64,000 bases of DNA from an uncultured bacterium. Its GTDB lineage: Bacteria; Babelota; Babeliae; Babelales; Babelaceae. Positions 41,138 through 49,649 of this stretch are shown piece after piece. Position 1 is the first letter of the stretch, and every line of letters starts with the position of its first letter. The translations under genes and the position numbers were made by a program. The notes beneath the pieces are model-generated. The model had not been told where the DNA came from. It saw only the letters and a program-made list of their open reading frames with translations, and did not search any database. The stretch covers positions 736,001-800,000 of the forward strand of contig OY970209.1 in assembly GCA_963713855.1 (NCBI GenBank), written 5' to 3'.

Positions 41138-41473
41138 ATGATTGAATATCAAGACTTTTCAAAGGTGAAGATATGCGTAGGCACTATCACACAAGTTGAA
41201 CCATTCCCAGAGGCAAGAAAACCTGCCTATAAGCTTCTTATAGATTTTGGTTTACAAATTGGCACAAAAAGATCTTCAGCGCAAATTACAGAGCACTACC
41301 CAGATCCTCAAAAGCTTATTGGAAAGCAGATTTTAGCAGTCGTTAACTTTCCGCCAAAGCAGATTGGGCCTTTTGTTTCAGAGGTCTTAACGCTTGGTCT
41401 TCCTGATGATCGAAAGACAGTTGTACTTGTAGGTCCAGATAGCAAGGTGCCAAATGGGAGTCAGCTTTTTTAG
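41138..41473 (+). CDS. csaA: Export chaperone / tRNA-binding protein CsaA
   Basis: FPEARKPAYKL, IGTKRSSAQIT, VVNFPPKQIGPFVSEVLTLG. Confidence 0.93.
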   Translation: MIEYQDFSKVKICVGTITQVEPFPEARKPAYKLLIDFGLQIGTKRSSAQITEHYPDPQKLIGKQILAVVNFPPKQIGPFVSEVLTLGLPDDRKTVVLVGPDSKVPNGSQLF

Positions 41474-41558
41474 GGTAGCGGCTTTTAATTAAGAATGTCT
41501 GTAGTTCTGCATTTAACTGATAAGTCAAAGCTTGTTAAAGTTATAGATAATTGTTGTT

Positions 41559-42917
41559 TCACGCAATCAAACGATTTAGTTCACCAATAAGATAAAAAGG
41601 TATAGATCTGAGTTGGTAATGGACATTGTTGCCCTGAGTGTCTTTGATATTTATCTCCGATAATTCTGGCAGATTGGAATTAATACGGATGGCTTTAGAA
41701 AGACCCTTTAGGTACATAAATCGATGTAATGATTTCAGCGTTCCCGATTTTCCAGCTTTTACTTCGATGGGAATAACATGAGTGCCACTTTGAATAACAT
41801 AGTCAATTTCTGCGTCTCTGCCCCTTTCCGTGCTTAGCCAATAATAGAGAGCGGGCTCTTGATAAAAAGGATATATAGTCCTTAATAGTTGTCCCGCGAC
41901 TTGCTCGGCAATACCTCCTTTATTAATTAAATCTAACTCATTCACTGATTCGAGTTCATTGAGTGAAAGCCCTAAATCAGCTGAACAAAGTCCGACATCG
42001 ATAAGGATGGCTTTTGTATATTGTTTGAGGAGTTGAGATGCGAGGGGTACGCCGTTTGAAGCAGAAGCACGAACTAGATGACATAATTTTGCTTGAGATA
42101 AGAGGTCTAAGGCTTCTTTTATTTGTGTGCTTCGCACGTTTGCATTTACCTTGCTGAAAACAATTTTTTTTCCTAAGTGTTGCGGTATTGCAGTTAAAAC
42201 CTCGTTTAGAAGAGCTGAAGGAATTCGAGGACTATATTTACCAAAATCGTTGCGATACGTTTGTATGATGTCGTGATGTATTTGACTTACGTCTGAAGGT
42301 GAATGATTATTAATCCAACTTAGAACTGCAGCTGGCATTCCTCCAACGATGACATATTCCTTGAAAAGGTTAATGAGTTTTTCATGGCTCACTTCAGCTA
42401 TTGCGCTGTCCCACGTGAATTCTTTTAAATGAGTTGCGAGTACATCCTTCTTTTGAGCGAGCAGAAATTCTTCAAATGAAAATGGCTCTAGATATAGGAA
42501 GCTTACTCGGCCAACAGGCATGCTTAATTCCTGCTTGCCAAGAACGAATTCTAAGAGTGAGCCAGCAGCAATGACCGGAAGATGTGGCATGTCTTCCGAA
42601 AACCAGCGCAACTTGGCTAATAGTTCTGGAGCTTCCTGTATTTCATCTATAAATAGGAGAGTGTCTCTTGCGTCAATTGCTGTATCAAAGGCGCCTTCTA
42701 GCCGCTTTAGAATTACGGTAGGCTCATTTGAAGAGAAAGCAGTGGCTAACTTTGGATATTTTTCTAAATTAACCTCTATAAGCTTTTTTCTTGTAGACTG
42801 TGCAAAATGTCGAACAAGCCAAGTTTTTCCAACTTGGCGCGCACCTCGGATAATGAGAGGTTTTCGATTATCAGATGTAAGCCATTTATCTAAAAAGGCC
42901 ATGGCTGTTCTACGCAT
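41559..42917 (-). CDS. AAA_14 ATPase with DUF4143 and C-terminal PD-(D/E)xK-like motif
   Basis: GARQVGKT Walker A, LFIDEIQ Walker B, AAGSLL, PVGRV, VGGMP, DVGL, EIDYV...PIEVKAG. Confidence 0.88.
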   Translation of the reverse strand: MRRTAMAFLDKWLTSDNRKPLIIRGARQVGKTWLVRHFAQSTRKKLIEVNLEKYPKLATAFSSNEPTVILKRLEGAFDTAIDARDTLLFIDEIQEAPELLAKLRWFSEDMPHLPVIAAGSLLEFVLGKQELSMPVGRVSFLYLEPFSFEEFLLAQKKDVLATHLKEFTWDSAIAEVSHEKLINLFKEYVIVGGMPAAVLSWINNHSPSDVSQIHHDIIQTYRNDFGKYSPRIPSALLNEVLTAIPQHLGKKIVFSKVNANVRSTQIKEALDLLSQAKLCHLVRASASNGVPLASQLLKQYTKAILIDVGLCSADLGLSLNELESVNELDLINKGGIAEQVAGQLLRTIYPFYQEPALYYWLSTERGRDAEIDYVIQSGTHVIPIEVKAGKSGTLKSLHRFMYLKGLSKAIRINSNLPELSEINIKDTQGNNVHYQLRSIPFYLIGELNRLIA

Positions 42918-42999
42918 CGCAAGCACCTTTTTTATTTCATCTTAACAGTCTGTCAGGTCAAAATCAACAAAAAGAATACCATGTTTTTACAAAAATCCG

Positions 43000-43021
43000 C
43001 AAAAAGAAGGCCTTCTTTTTG
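43000..43021. promoter_or_regulatory. Perfect 22-bp palindrome (operator or terminator)
   Basis: CAAAAAGAAGGCCTTCTTTTTG, with a degenerate copy at 42968..42989. Confidence 0.5.
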
Positions 43022-43093
43022 AGTTAACAGCTTAGGGTTCATCGTCATTCATTTGACCGACAAACCGATTGAGTCTAGTTATATTTTGTGTGC

Positions 43094-43771
43094 TTAAATG
43101 CTTTCGGCTAAGAAAGCTATTTTTCTTAACGTAGCTTTAAAAGCTCTCGTAGATGAAAACAGAATGCTTGAAATTCCGCACATGGCCGCGGCTTCCACGT
43201 TAACTCTTTTATCATCAACAAACAGAATGTGTTTTCGTTCATGACCTTGATTTTTTACGTGAGTAAGAAATTTTTCATAAAAGCAAAGACGAGGTTTTTG
43301 GCAATATTCCAGTGCTTTAGTGGGTATAAAAATGCCATCAAAAAGTGAAAACACATCTGGATATTTAGCGCTAAGAGCTGCATGCATTTTTTCCCCGATG
43401 TTTGATAGGACGTACAATTTTACGCCGTGTTGTTTTAAAGCCTGTATGACCTCTAGCATTGCAATGTCAGGTTTTTGCTCATTTTCTAATGCGAGCAAAT
43501 GTTTGCCAAAAAGAGCTAATTTGGGGTGCTTTTCAACAAGACGCTCATAGACGTCATCCCCAACATTTGTCGTTTTTCGAATGTTAGATAGGTTTTTCCA
43601 TAAAATTGGATTACAAAGAAGTTTTAATGCTTGCACTTTGTGTGGAAAACGTGTCAGAGACAGCGTTATATCGATAAATGAGCGGTGAAAGATAACTTTG
43701 TGGAGGTCAAATGCGCAAAGGAGCTCGTGGGGGTAAATAGAAGAAAGGTGTGGCCCGAATATATTATGCAC
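43094..43771 (-). CDS. HAD-superfamily hydrolase-like protein
   Basis: FDLHKV (variant motif I), LSN, QKP, FVDDKRVNVEAA. Confidence 0.75.
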   Translation of the reverse strand: MHNIFGPHLSSIYPHELLCAFDLHKVIFHRSFIDITLSLTRFPHKVQALKLLCNPILWKNLSNIRKTTNVGDDVYERLVEKHPKLALFGKHLLALENEQKPDIAMLEVIQALKQHGVKLYVLSNIGEKMHAALSAKYPDVFSLFDGIFIPTKALEYCQKPRLCFYEKFLTHVKNQGHERKHILFVDDKRVNVEAAAMCGISSILFSSTRAFKATLRKIAFLAESI

Positions 43772-43772
43772 G

Positions 43773-44441
43773 TCAAACCTGGCTAAGGATCTTTTTGATG
43801 TTTATTTCAGTGTAACAGTTGATGATGGCATCGGCTTTTTTTAATGCGAGTGGATTACCGCCGGTATTAATACCGATACAGTACATACCAGCTCCTTTAG
43901 CAGCTTGTACACCAAAGGCTGAATCCTCAATCGCTATGCAAAGCTCAGGTTTATAACCTAATTCTTTTGCAGCATGCATGTAGAGGGCAGGGTCAGGCTT
44001 TGGGGTATAATTTACAGCCGATACGCCATAGATATGCTTGCCAAAAAACTGGCGTAAGTTAAGTATCTCATCAGTGAGCCTGATGGTATGATCATCAGCA
44101 TTGGTTGCTATTGCTTTATCAAGATTAAACGTGCAAATGGCCTTATGAAATTCTTTAAACCCTTTGATATAGACGATGCCTTGTTTGTAGAGAGAAATAG
44201 CTATTAAACGCCCTTCTCGAGCGAGATCTTCAGGAGACTCCTTGAGGTTTGCAAGCTCTTTGATTGCAATGCAACTTTTTTGAAAGGTCAGACCATGGGT
44301 TCTGCTGTCAAGCTCGGTTCGTAATTCGGGGGTATAGCATATACCCCGGCTTTCAATAAGGATCTGGTTGGTCTGTTTCCAGATACGATCAGTATCAACA
44401 ATTGTACCATCCAAATCAAAAATAATTGCTTTATATTTCAT
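43773..44441 (-). CDS. HAD-family phosphatase (beta-PGM/CbbY-like)
   Basis: IFDLDGTIVD, IATN, KPDPALY, IEDSAFGVQAAKGAGM. Confidence 0.92.
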   Translation of the reverse strand: MKYKAIIFDLDGTIVDTDRIWKQTNQILIESRGICYTPELRTELDSRTHGLTFQKSCIAIKELANLKESPEDLAREGRLIAISLYKQGIVYIKGFKEFHKAICTFNLDKAIATNADDHTIRLTDEILNLRQFFGKHIYGVSAVNYTPKPDPALYMHAAKELGYKPELCIAIEDSAFGVQAAKGAGMYCIGINTGGNPLALKKADAIINCYTEINIKKILSQV

Positions 44442-44535
44442 ACTTTATTCCTTACTTTGATTGGATTAAACTATACGATAGTATGCAATTGGTCTCAAGC
44501 TTTTTTTATGAGAGCGCTTATTACACTCCTAAGGT

Positions 44536-45255
44536 ATGTCTATGCTTAAGTACTTTAACCGCGCATTACCCTTTACTCTCTGCTGGCTTACAGGAGAGCT
44601 TTTAACGTTTTTTAAGATGCACTTTATTATTGGTTCTTGGACAGCGTTCTTTTCCGCCTCGCATTCTTTTACCCCATTGGTTGGCTACCACGGTGGTACA
44701 AAGGCCTCCTTAATCTATTTCAGTTTAAGAACCCTTTCTAAGGTGGGTGTATCGGGAAAAGTCTCAAGCCTTTTAGTAGTATATCATCTGCCAACTCTGT
44801 TGGGAAGCCTTTATAGCTCGTGGACAAGGCCGTCCCAAACTAACCTATTATTAAGAGTCCTTTCAAGCCTAATATCTGGAGTATGCATTGTTCTTTTTGG
44901 GCTACATCCTGTCGGCTATCAGGCTTTATTCTATACTTCATTATGGATTTTTCCTCTCGTGATGGCTTTTGTCAAAACCGAGCACTTCTTTTTGCACGCC
45001 CTTGCAAGCACGTTGACGGTACATGCGGTAGGCTCAGTGCTCTGGCTCTATACCCATACGCTTACACCAGAAATCTGGCTTGCCCTTATTCCTATTGCAG
45101 CTATCGAGCGAGTTCTTTTCGCGCTTGGCGCTGTTGGTCTTAATATGCTGTATGGGGAGCTTCCTTACGTGTTGGCTATGCTCGAATCAGCTTTACCATC
45201 AACTAAGCGACCTATTGCCCTTTTGACGCGCTTCAAAGAGAGTATTTATGAATAA
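44536..45255 (+). CDS. Integral membrane protein (about 6 TM helices), possibly ECF S-component-like
   Basis: Hydrophobic throughout, HAVGSVLW and W.ALIPIAAIER motifs, overlaps the uppS start. Confidence 0.55.
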   Translation: MSMLKYFNRALPFTLCWLTGELLTFFKMHFIIGSWTAFFSASHSFTPLVGYHGGTKASLIYFSLRTLSKVGVSGKVSSLLVVYHLPTLLGSLYSSWTRPSQTNLLLRVLSSLISGVCIVLFGLHPVGYQALFYTSLWIFPLVMAFVKTEHFFLHALASTLTVHAVGSVLWLYTHTLTPEIWLALIPIAAIERVLFALGAVGLNMLYGELPYVLAMLESALPSTKRPIALLTRFKESIYE

Positions 45256-46045
45256 GGGCCTACTTTTTGCGTGCTTTATAGTTGTTGTGAGCATCTACAT
45301 TTTGTCTCAGGGATGGCATGCATTCTCTAAGAGAGATGATGCGATGTTGCCATCTATTAAGCACTTGGGTGTTATAATGGATGGCAATCGACGATGGGCC
45401 AAAAAATCGGGGCTTTCTCCCTGGATTGGCCACCGTAAAGGGGTCGAACCGGTAAAGGCCACAATTAGTTTTTGCTTAAAGCACAATATCCCCTATTTGA
45501 CGCTTTACGCATTTTCGCTTGAAAATTTTAAGCGGTCTCAGCAAGAGCTTGATTTCTTATTCAATACGCTTGCCCAAGAAATTGCAAGCAAGGAGCTTGG
45601 CGAGCTTTTTGAGCAAGGTATTAAAGTGCGGTTTATTGGAGATAGAAGCCTTTTTCCTAGTCAGCTTGTTCCAATCATCAACGATATTGAGGAAAAAACT
45701 GCGGGTGGTACGCGCATGGAACTTACCATTTTGTTTTGTTATGGTGGTCGGCAAGAACTTTTTGAAGCTGCAAAAAAGCTTGCCCATGAGGTTAAAGAGG
45801 GAAGAGTAGATAGTTCGATGATAACTCAAAAAGACTTTGAAGCTTGCTTATGGACGGGCAATTTGCCAACACCGGAACTTATCATAAGAACCGGTGGAAT
45901 GTGTCGACTGAGCAATTTTTTGCCGTATCAAGCCGCTTATAGCGAACTCTACTTTCTTAAATGCTTCTGGCCCGATATTACGGAAGATCATCTTATAGAT
46001 GCATTACTTTGGCTTAAAGATAGACCGAGAAACTTTGGTGCCTGA
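45248..46045 (+). CDS. uppS: Undecaprenyl diphosphate synthase with N-terminal TM helix
   Basis: HLGVIMDGNRRWA, YAFSLENFKRS, YGGRQE, IIRTGG..RLSNFLPYQAAYSE, RNFG. Confidence 0.95.
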   Translation: MNKGLLFACFIVVVSIYILSQGWHAFSKRDDAMLPSIKHLGVIMDGNRRWAKKSGLSPWIGHRKGVEPVKATISFCLKHNIPYLTLYAFSLENFKRSQQELDFLFNTLAQEIASKELGELFEQGIKVRFIGDRSLFPSQLVPIINDIEEKTAGGTRMELTILFCYGGRQELFEAAKKLAHEVKEGRVDSSMITQKDFEACLWTGNLPTPELIIRTGGMCRLSNFLPYQAAYSELYFLKCFWPDITEDHLIDALLWLKDRPRNFGA

Positions 46046-46202
46046 AATCCAGCAAACATGTTTTTGCAGATGGCTGCGGGACTTGGTTCCAGATTTCGTT
46101 GTGCTATACAGAAATAAGGGCATTTATAGGAATGAACTCCATTAGATGCCCCTGAATAAATTAAGATTCGTATCTTGAGTCAGATATAACTTATATTAGT
46201 AA

Positions 46203-46610
46203 CTAACTGCGTAATTTAATTTCTCTTTCTAAACGTGCTTTGTATGATTGTCCTCGTTGCCATAAATAACAGGACAAAGTGCCTAATACCAAAATACTCA
46301 GAGTAGTCGGTGCCGCCATAAGTATATGTAGCACTCTTTGAAACTCCGCATCACCTAACACACGTACGAGTTGGCCTTCTTGTGTCTGAGCATTAATTAT
46401 TTCCCCAGCAGCAATAGCTTCGAGTTGCTCTTTTGTTAAAGTCACAGTTCCACCCTCTCTTACATGTGGGATTTGGAGGAAGGAGGTTGCACTTTCTATC
46501 AGGGCTTGCCAATCATAAGACTTTTCCTGGGAAAGCGGCTCAGCAGAAAAAGTTGCTTGCTGTATTGCAAATAAAACAAACAAAGAACAAGCTAGTAAAA
46601 TTTTATTCAT
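46203..46610 (-). CDS. Small exported protein with C-terminal membrane anchor
   Basis: Signal peptide MNKILLACSLFVLFAIQQATFS, C-terminal TM helix and basic tail, GAGGG RBS. Confidence 0.6.
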   Translation of the reverse strand: MNKILLACSLFVLFAIQQATFSAEPLSQEKSYDWQALIESATSFLQIPHVREGGTVTLTKEQLEAIAAGEIINAQTQEGQLVRVLGDAEFQRVLHILMAAPTTLSILVLGTLSCYLWQRGQSYKARLEREIKLRS

Positions 46611-46722
46611 GTATTTTCCCTCGTCTATCTTCATTTAATGTACATTTTAACATTCTCAAATAATGCCGTTTAAAACAAAAAAAGTCAATTAGAAGCTTTC
46701 TTTGAGTGTAGTTCGTATAAAC

Positions 46723-47502
46723 TTAGAGCTTTTTATATGCCCAGGAAGAGTTGTCGGGTTTTGTGGCTTTTTCAGTCAACTGAAGTTGAATGATGGGCGG
46801 TTTTTCAAAATCTATAAAAGAGCCTGCAAGAGGTTGCTGAGCAGTGACCATGTGTTCTTGGTTTTGAGTATCCACGTGGGGTAGGCTGCGACCATCTTTA
46901 TCTTTGCAATACGCTTCAAAGCGAAGGCCTTCGTCCTTTAAAAAACTGCTGACCAATCCGTATGGCTTATTGCATAGGGATGGCATAAGTCGTATAGGTG
47001 ATCTGCCTGATGAAATATAGAGAATGAGTGTTTTATGTTCCATAGGCGCATGTGCTATCGGGTATTGCGCAATGCAGCGGCCTACAGGATAAGTATTGCT
47101 CTGGCAGTTGTACATTTTTAGACGAATCCCAAGGTCACGTGCTTGTTTTGCAATAGCTTGGGCATCAAGATTTTGAAAGTTTGGTGCGCTTCTAAGTGGT
47201 GGCTTTTTAGAAATAATTATACCGACTGGCTGGTAGAGCTTAAGCTTTTGGCCAGGCTGTGGATGTTGGCTTATAATGGTGCCATCGGGAAGTGCTGGCT
47301 CTTCAACACAATCTATAATTCGCAACTTTATTGGATACTTAAGAAGGGTAGATAAAGCATCTTTAAGAGATTGACCCTGGAGTGCTGGAGCTTGAAAGGT
47401 TTCTGGGCCCATAAGGCCTAAGATACTATAATAGCCAGCTATAAAAAAGAAAAATGGTAAAGTCCAGAGGCAACTTTGTGAAAAGGATTTTAGGGTTGTC
47501 AA
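46723..47502 (-). CDS. PASTA-domain membrane protein
   Basis: N-terminal TM helix, three PASTA-like repeats (P.L.G....A...L, GTIISQHPQPG, IAQYP, TAQQPLAG). Start moved to TTG 47502 because the longer ORF overlaps rnpB. Confidence 0.75.
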   Translation of the reverse strand: MTTLKSFSQSCLWTLPFFFFIAGYYSILGLMGPETFQAPALQGQSLKDALSTLLKYPIKLRIIDCVEEPALPDGTIISQHPQPGQKLKLYQPVGIIISKKPPLRSAPNFQNLDAQAIAKQARDLGIRLKMYNCQSNTYPVGRCIAQYPIAHAPMEHKTLILYISSGRSPIRLMPSLCNKPYGLVSSFLKDEGLRFEAYCKDKDGRSLPHVDTQNQEHMVTAQQPLAGSFIDFEKPPIIQLQLTEKATKPDNSSWAYKKL

Positions 47503-47847
47503 GACGCACCGTAGACTGTAAGCCGGATTCTGTGCTGCTTTCAGGGCAGCGGCAACCATTAATCTAGGCGATATACCCGTGTGTTAGCAGAACGAGCAAC
47601 TTCCACACTGCTTTATCTTGCTCCCGATGGGGTTTTTCCTCTGCTTCAATTACTTGAAGCAGCCGTGTGCTCTTACCACACGTTTTCACCCTTACTAGCG
47701 GTAAAGCTAGCGGTTATTTTCTGTGACACTATCCGTAGCTCTAGGCCCCCTGGGTTTACCCCAGGCATCGTGCTCGTTAGGAGTCCGGACTTTCCTCAAA
47801 ATGCCCTCGAAAAGTGCATTCCGCGATTGCCCGTCTACTGTACGCCC
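47503..47847 (-). ncRNA. rnpB: RNase P RNA
   Basis: GAGGAAAGTCCGGACTC near the 5' end, ACAGAATCCGGCTTAC near the 3' end, P1 pairing GCGTAC-AGTAGAC / GTCTAC-GGTGCGT, upstream TAGACA-17-TATTCT promoter. Confidence 0.95.
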
Positions 47848-47931
47848 TGATGTCTACTAGAATATCAAATGCGGAAAATTCTGTCTAGAAAGGACGTCAC
47901 AAAGCCCGGAAAATGAATCTATCTAGCTTCT

Positions 47932-48274
47932 AACGCCTTGATAGTATACTATGCTGATAATAGTTGTAAAAAGTTTGCAATAAAGAATGTGCCTGACCAG
48001 CTATCATAGCTGAAAATGCAACGATATGCAGCAGTAAAAAAAGCTTATAAACGCAAATACGAGCGCTAGACTCCTGAAGAACTTGTCTTAAAAAAAGAGC
48101 GCTCATACCACTTTCGCGACAAAAAGAGTATCTCTGAAATTTGCTGGAAAACCGGTCATGTAGGCTAGAGCTAAAGGGCAAAAGCCAGTTAGAGCATAGA
48201 GCATACGCGAATCTGAAAACCAAAGTACTACGTGATACTTAATGAGAATATGAAGTCTAGAGGAATTTGCCTAG
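47932..48274 (-). pseudogene. Degenerate copy 1 of the 3' part of gene 52409..52939
   Basis: Encodes SGMSALFLRQVLQES. DNA blocks shared with 52420-52730. Confidence 0.85.
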
Positions 48275-48353
48275 ATTTCGTAGACACAATCTGCTAAATG
48301 AGGTGTTAAACCGGTAATGCACAAAGCTTTATTTGAAAAAGCACGGTTTAAAA

Positions 48354-48707
48354 TCACCGTCGCTTTCCAGCGAATTCTCCGTCTTTTACGTTGTTAACAT
48401 GAAGAGTGCGTTTTTTGCTGATTGGCTTTGGAGTAATAGCAATAGTTACTTGGTGATCAAGTCGACTTAAGAACTTCAGTAGTCTTTCTATCGAAAAACC
48501 AGAAAATTTACCTTTCAATAGAGCAGAAACTTTTGGCTGGTCAATTTTAAGGATTTCACCTACAGCCTTTTGAGTAATGCATTTTTCGCGAATTATGCTA
48601 TTGATTTTACTTACTAATTTTGCTTTTAGTAGAAGCTGGTCTGCATTAGCCAAGCCTAAATCAGCAAAAACATTACCAGAACTTTCTTCAAATTCAATCT
48701 TTTTCAT
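48354..48707 (-). CDS. XRE/HTH antitoxin (HigA-like)
   Basis: SSGNVFADLGL, TQKAVGEILKIDQPKVSALLKG, FSIERL. ATGA overlap with the toxin gene. Confidence 0.9.
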   Translation of the reverse strand: MKKIEFEESSGNVFADLGLANADQLLLKAKLVSKINSIIREKCITQKAVGEILKIDQPKVSALLKGKFSGFSIERLLKFLSRLDHQVTIAITPKPISKKRTLHVNNVKDGEFAGKRR

Positions 48708-49069
48708 CGCGGTTCCTTTTTATGTTGTTTATGAAGTCCCTCTGCATCTCTGAGTCTTTTCTTTATAAGCTCGATCTCGGATAAGGGTGTCTCAATGTTA
48801 TGTTTTGACTTCTTTTGAAAAGCGTGAAGAACATACACTATACCGTGAAGTTTTAAGGTGTATATGGTTCGATATGTGCCGGCTTCATCATATTCGATAA
48901 TTTCTAAAATACCTGCTGATGCAAAGCCTTTTAAAACTTTTGCATGTTCGTGTTTGTTTCCCTCTTGTGCCAAGAAAAGCGCATAACCCACGTCTTTTTG
49001 GACTTTCCTGGGAAATTTCTTAAGGTCTTTCTTGCTCGAACCTATCCATCTTAGAGATTTTGGAGTCAT
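48704..49069 (-). CDS. Type II TA toxin, RelE/ParE superfamily (Gp49-like)
   Basis: WIGSSKKDLKKFP, GYALFLAQEG, GTYRTIY, YVLHAFQKKS. Confidence 0.9.
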   Translation of the reverse strand: MTPKSLRWIGSSKKDLKKFPRKVQKDVGYALFLAQEGNKHEHAKVLKGFASAGILEIIEYDEAGTYRTIYTLKLHGIVYVLHAFQKKSKHNIETPLSEIELIKKRLRDAEGLHKQHKKEPR

Positions 49070-49085
49070 ATTAATTCCTTTTTAT

Positions 49086-49115
49086 TAATATGCCAAATTT
49101 GGCCTGATTTTTCAA
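49086..49115 (-). promoter_or_regulatory. TA promoter with palindromic operator
   Basis: TTGAAA -35 element and perfect palindrome GCCAAATTTGGC (49092..49103) in the spacer before the -10 region. Confidence 0.6.
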
Positions 49116-49122
49116 GCTACTA

Positions 49123-49536
49123 AAGCGTGAAGAAGGTAAAATACGTAAAACGAAGATTACGATTCTAGAATAAACTCAGCCATTCTAGTCTTTGACGCCT
49201 TATAGTACACTATGCTGATAATAGTTGTAAAAAGTTTGCAATAAAGAATGTGCTTGACCAGCTATCATAGCTGAAAATGCAACGGTATGCAGCAGTAAAA
49301 AAAGCTTATAAACACAAATACGAGAGCTTTAGACTCCTGAAGAACTTGTCTTAAAAAAAGAGCGCTCATACCACTTTCGCGACAAAAAGAGTATCTCTGA
49401 AATTGCTGCAGATCCGGTCATATAGGCTGAAGCTAAAGGATAAAAGCCACTTAGCGCATAGAGCATGCGTTAATCTGAAAACCAAAGTACTGCGTGATAG
49501 TTAATAAGGATATGAAGTCTAGAGGAATTTGCCTAG
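49123..49536 (-). pseudogene. Degenerate copy 2 of the 3' part and downstream flank of gene 52409..52939
   Basis: AAAGCGTGAAGAAGGTAAAATACGTAAAACGAAGATTACGATTCTAGAATA... matches 52347-52730. Ends in the same junction sequence as copy 1. Confidence 0.88.
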
Positions 49537-49649
49537 TTTTCTGCGGGAGATTTTTGGGCATGCTCTGTTTATCGTTTCATTGACCAAAAAATTAGGTGTG
49601 TTAGAGTCTTTAGATCTTAATACAATAAAAATTCGGTTGAGGATTTTTC

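Noticed and set aside
47581..47850. 89-aa ORF and the 5' extension of the PASTA ORF
   Set aside because: They lie within rnpB.
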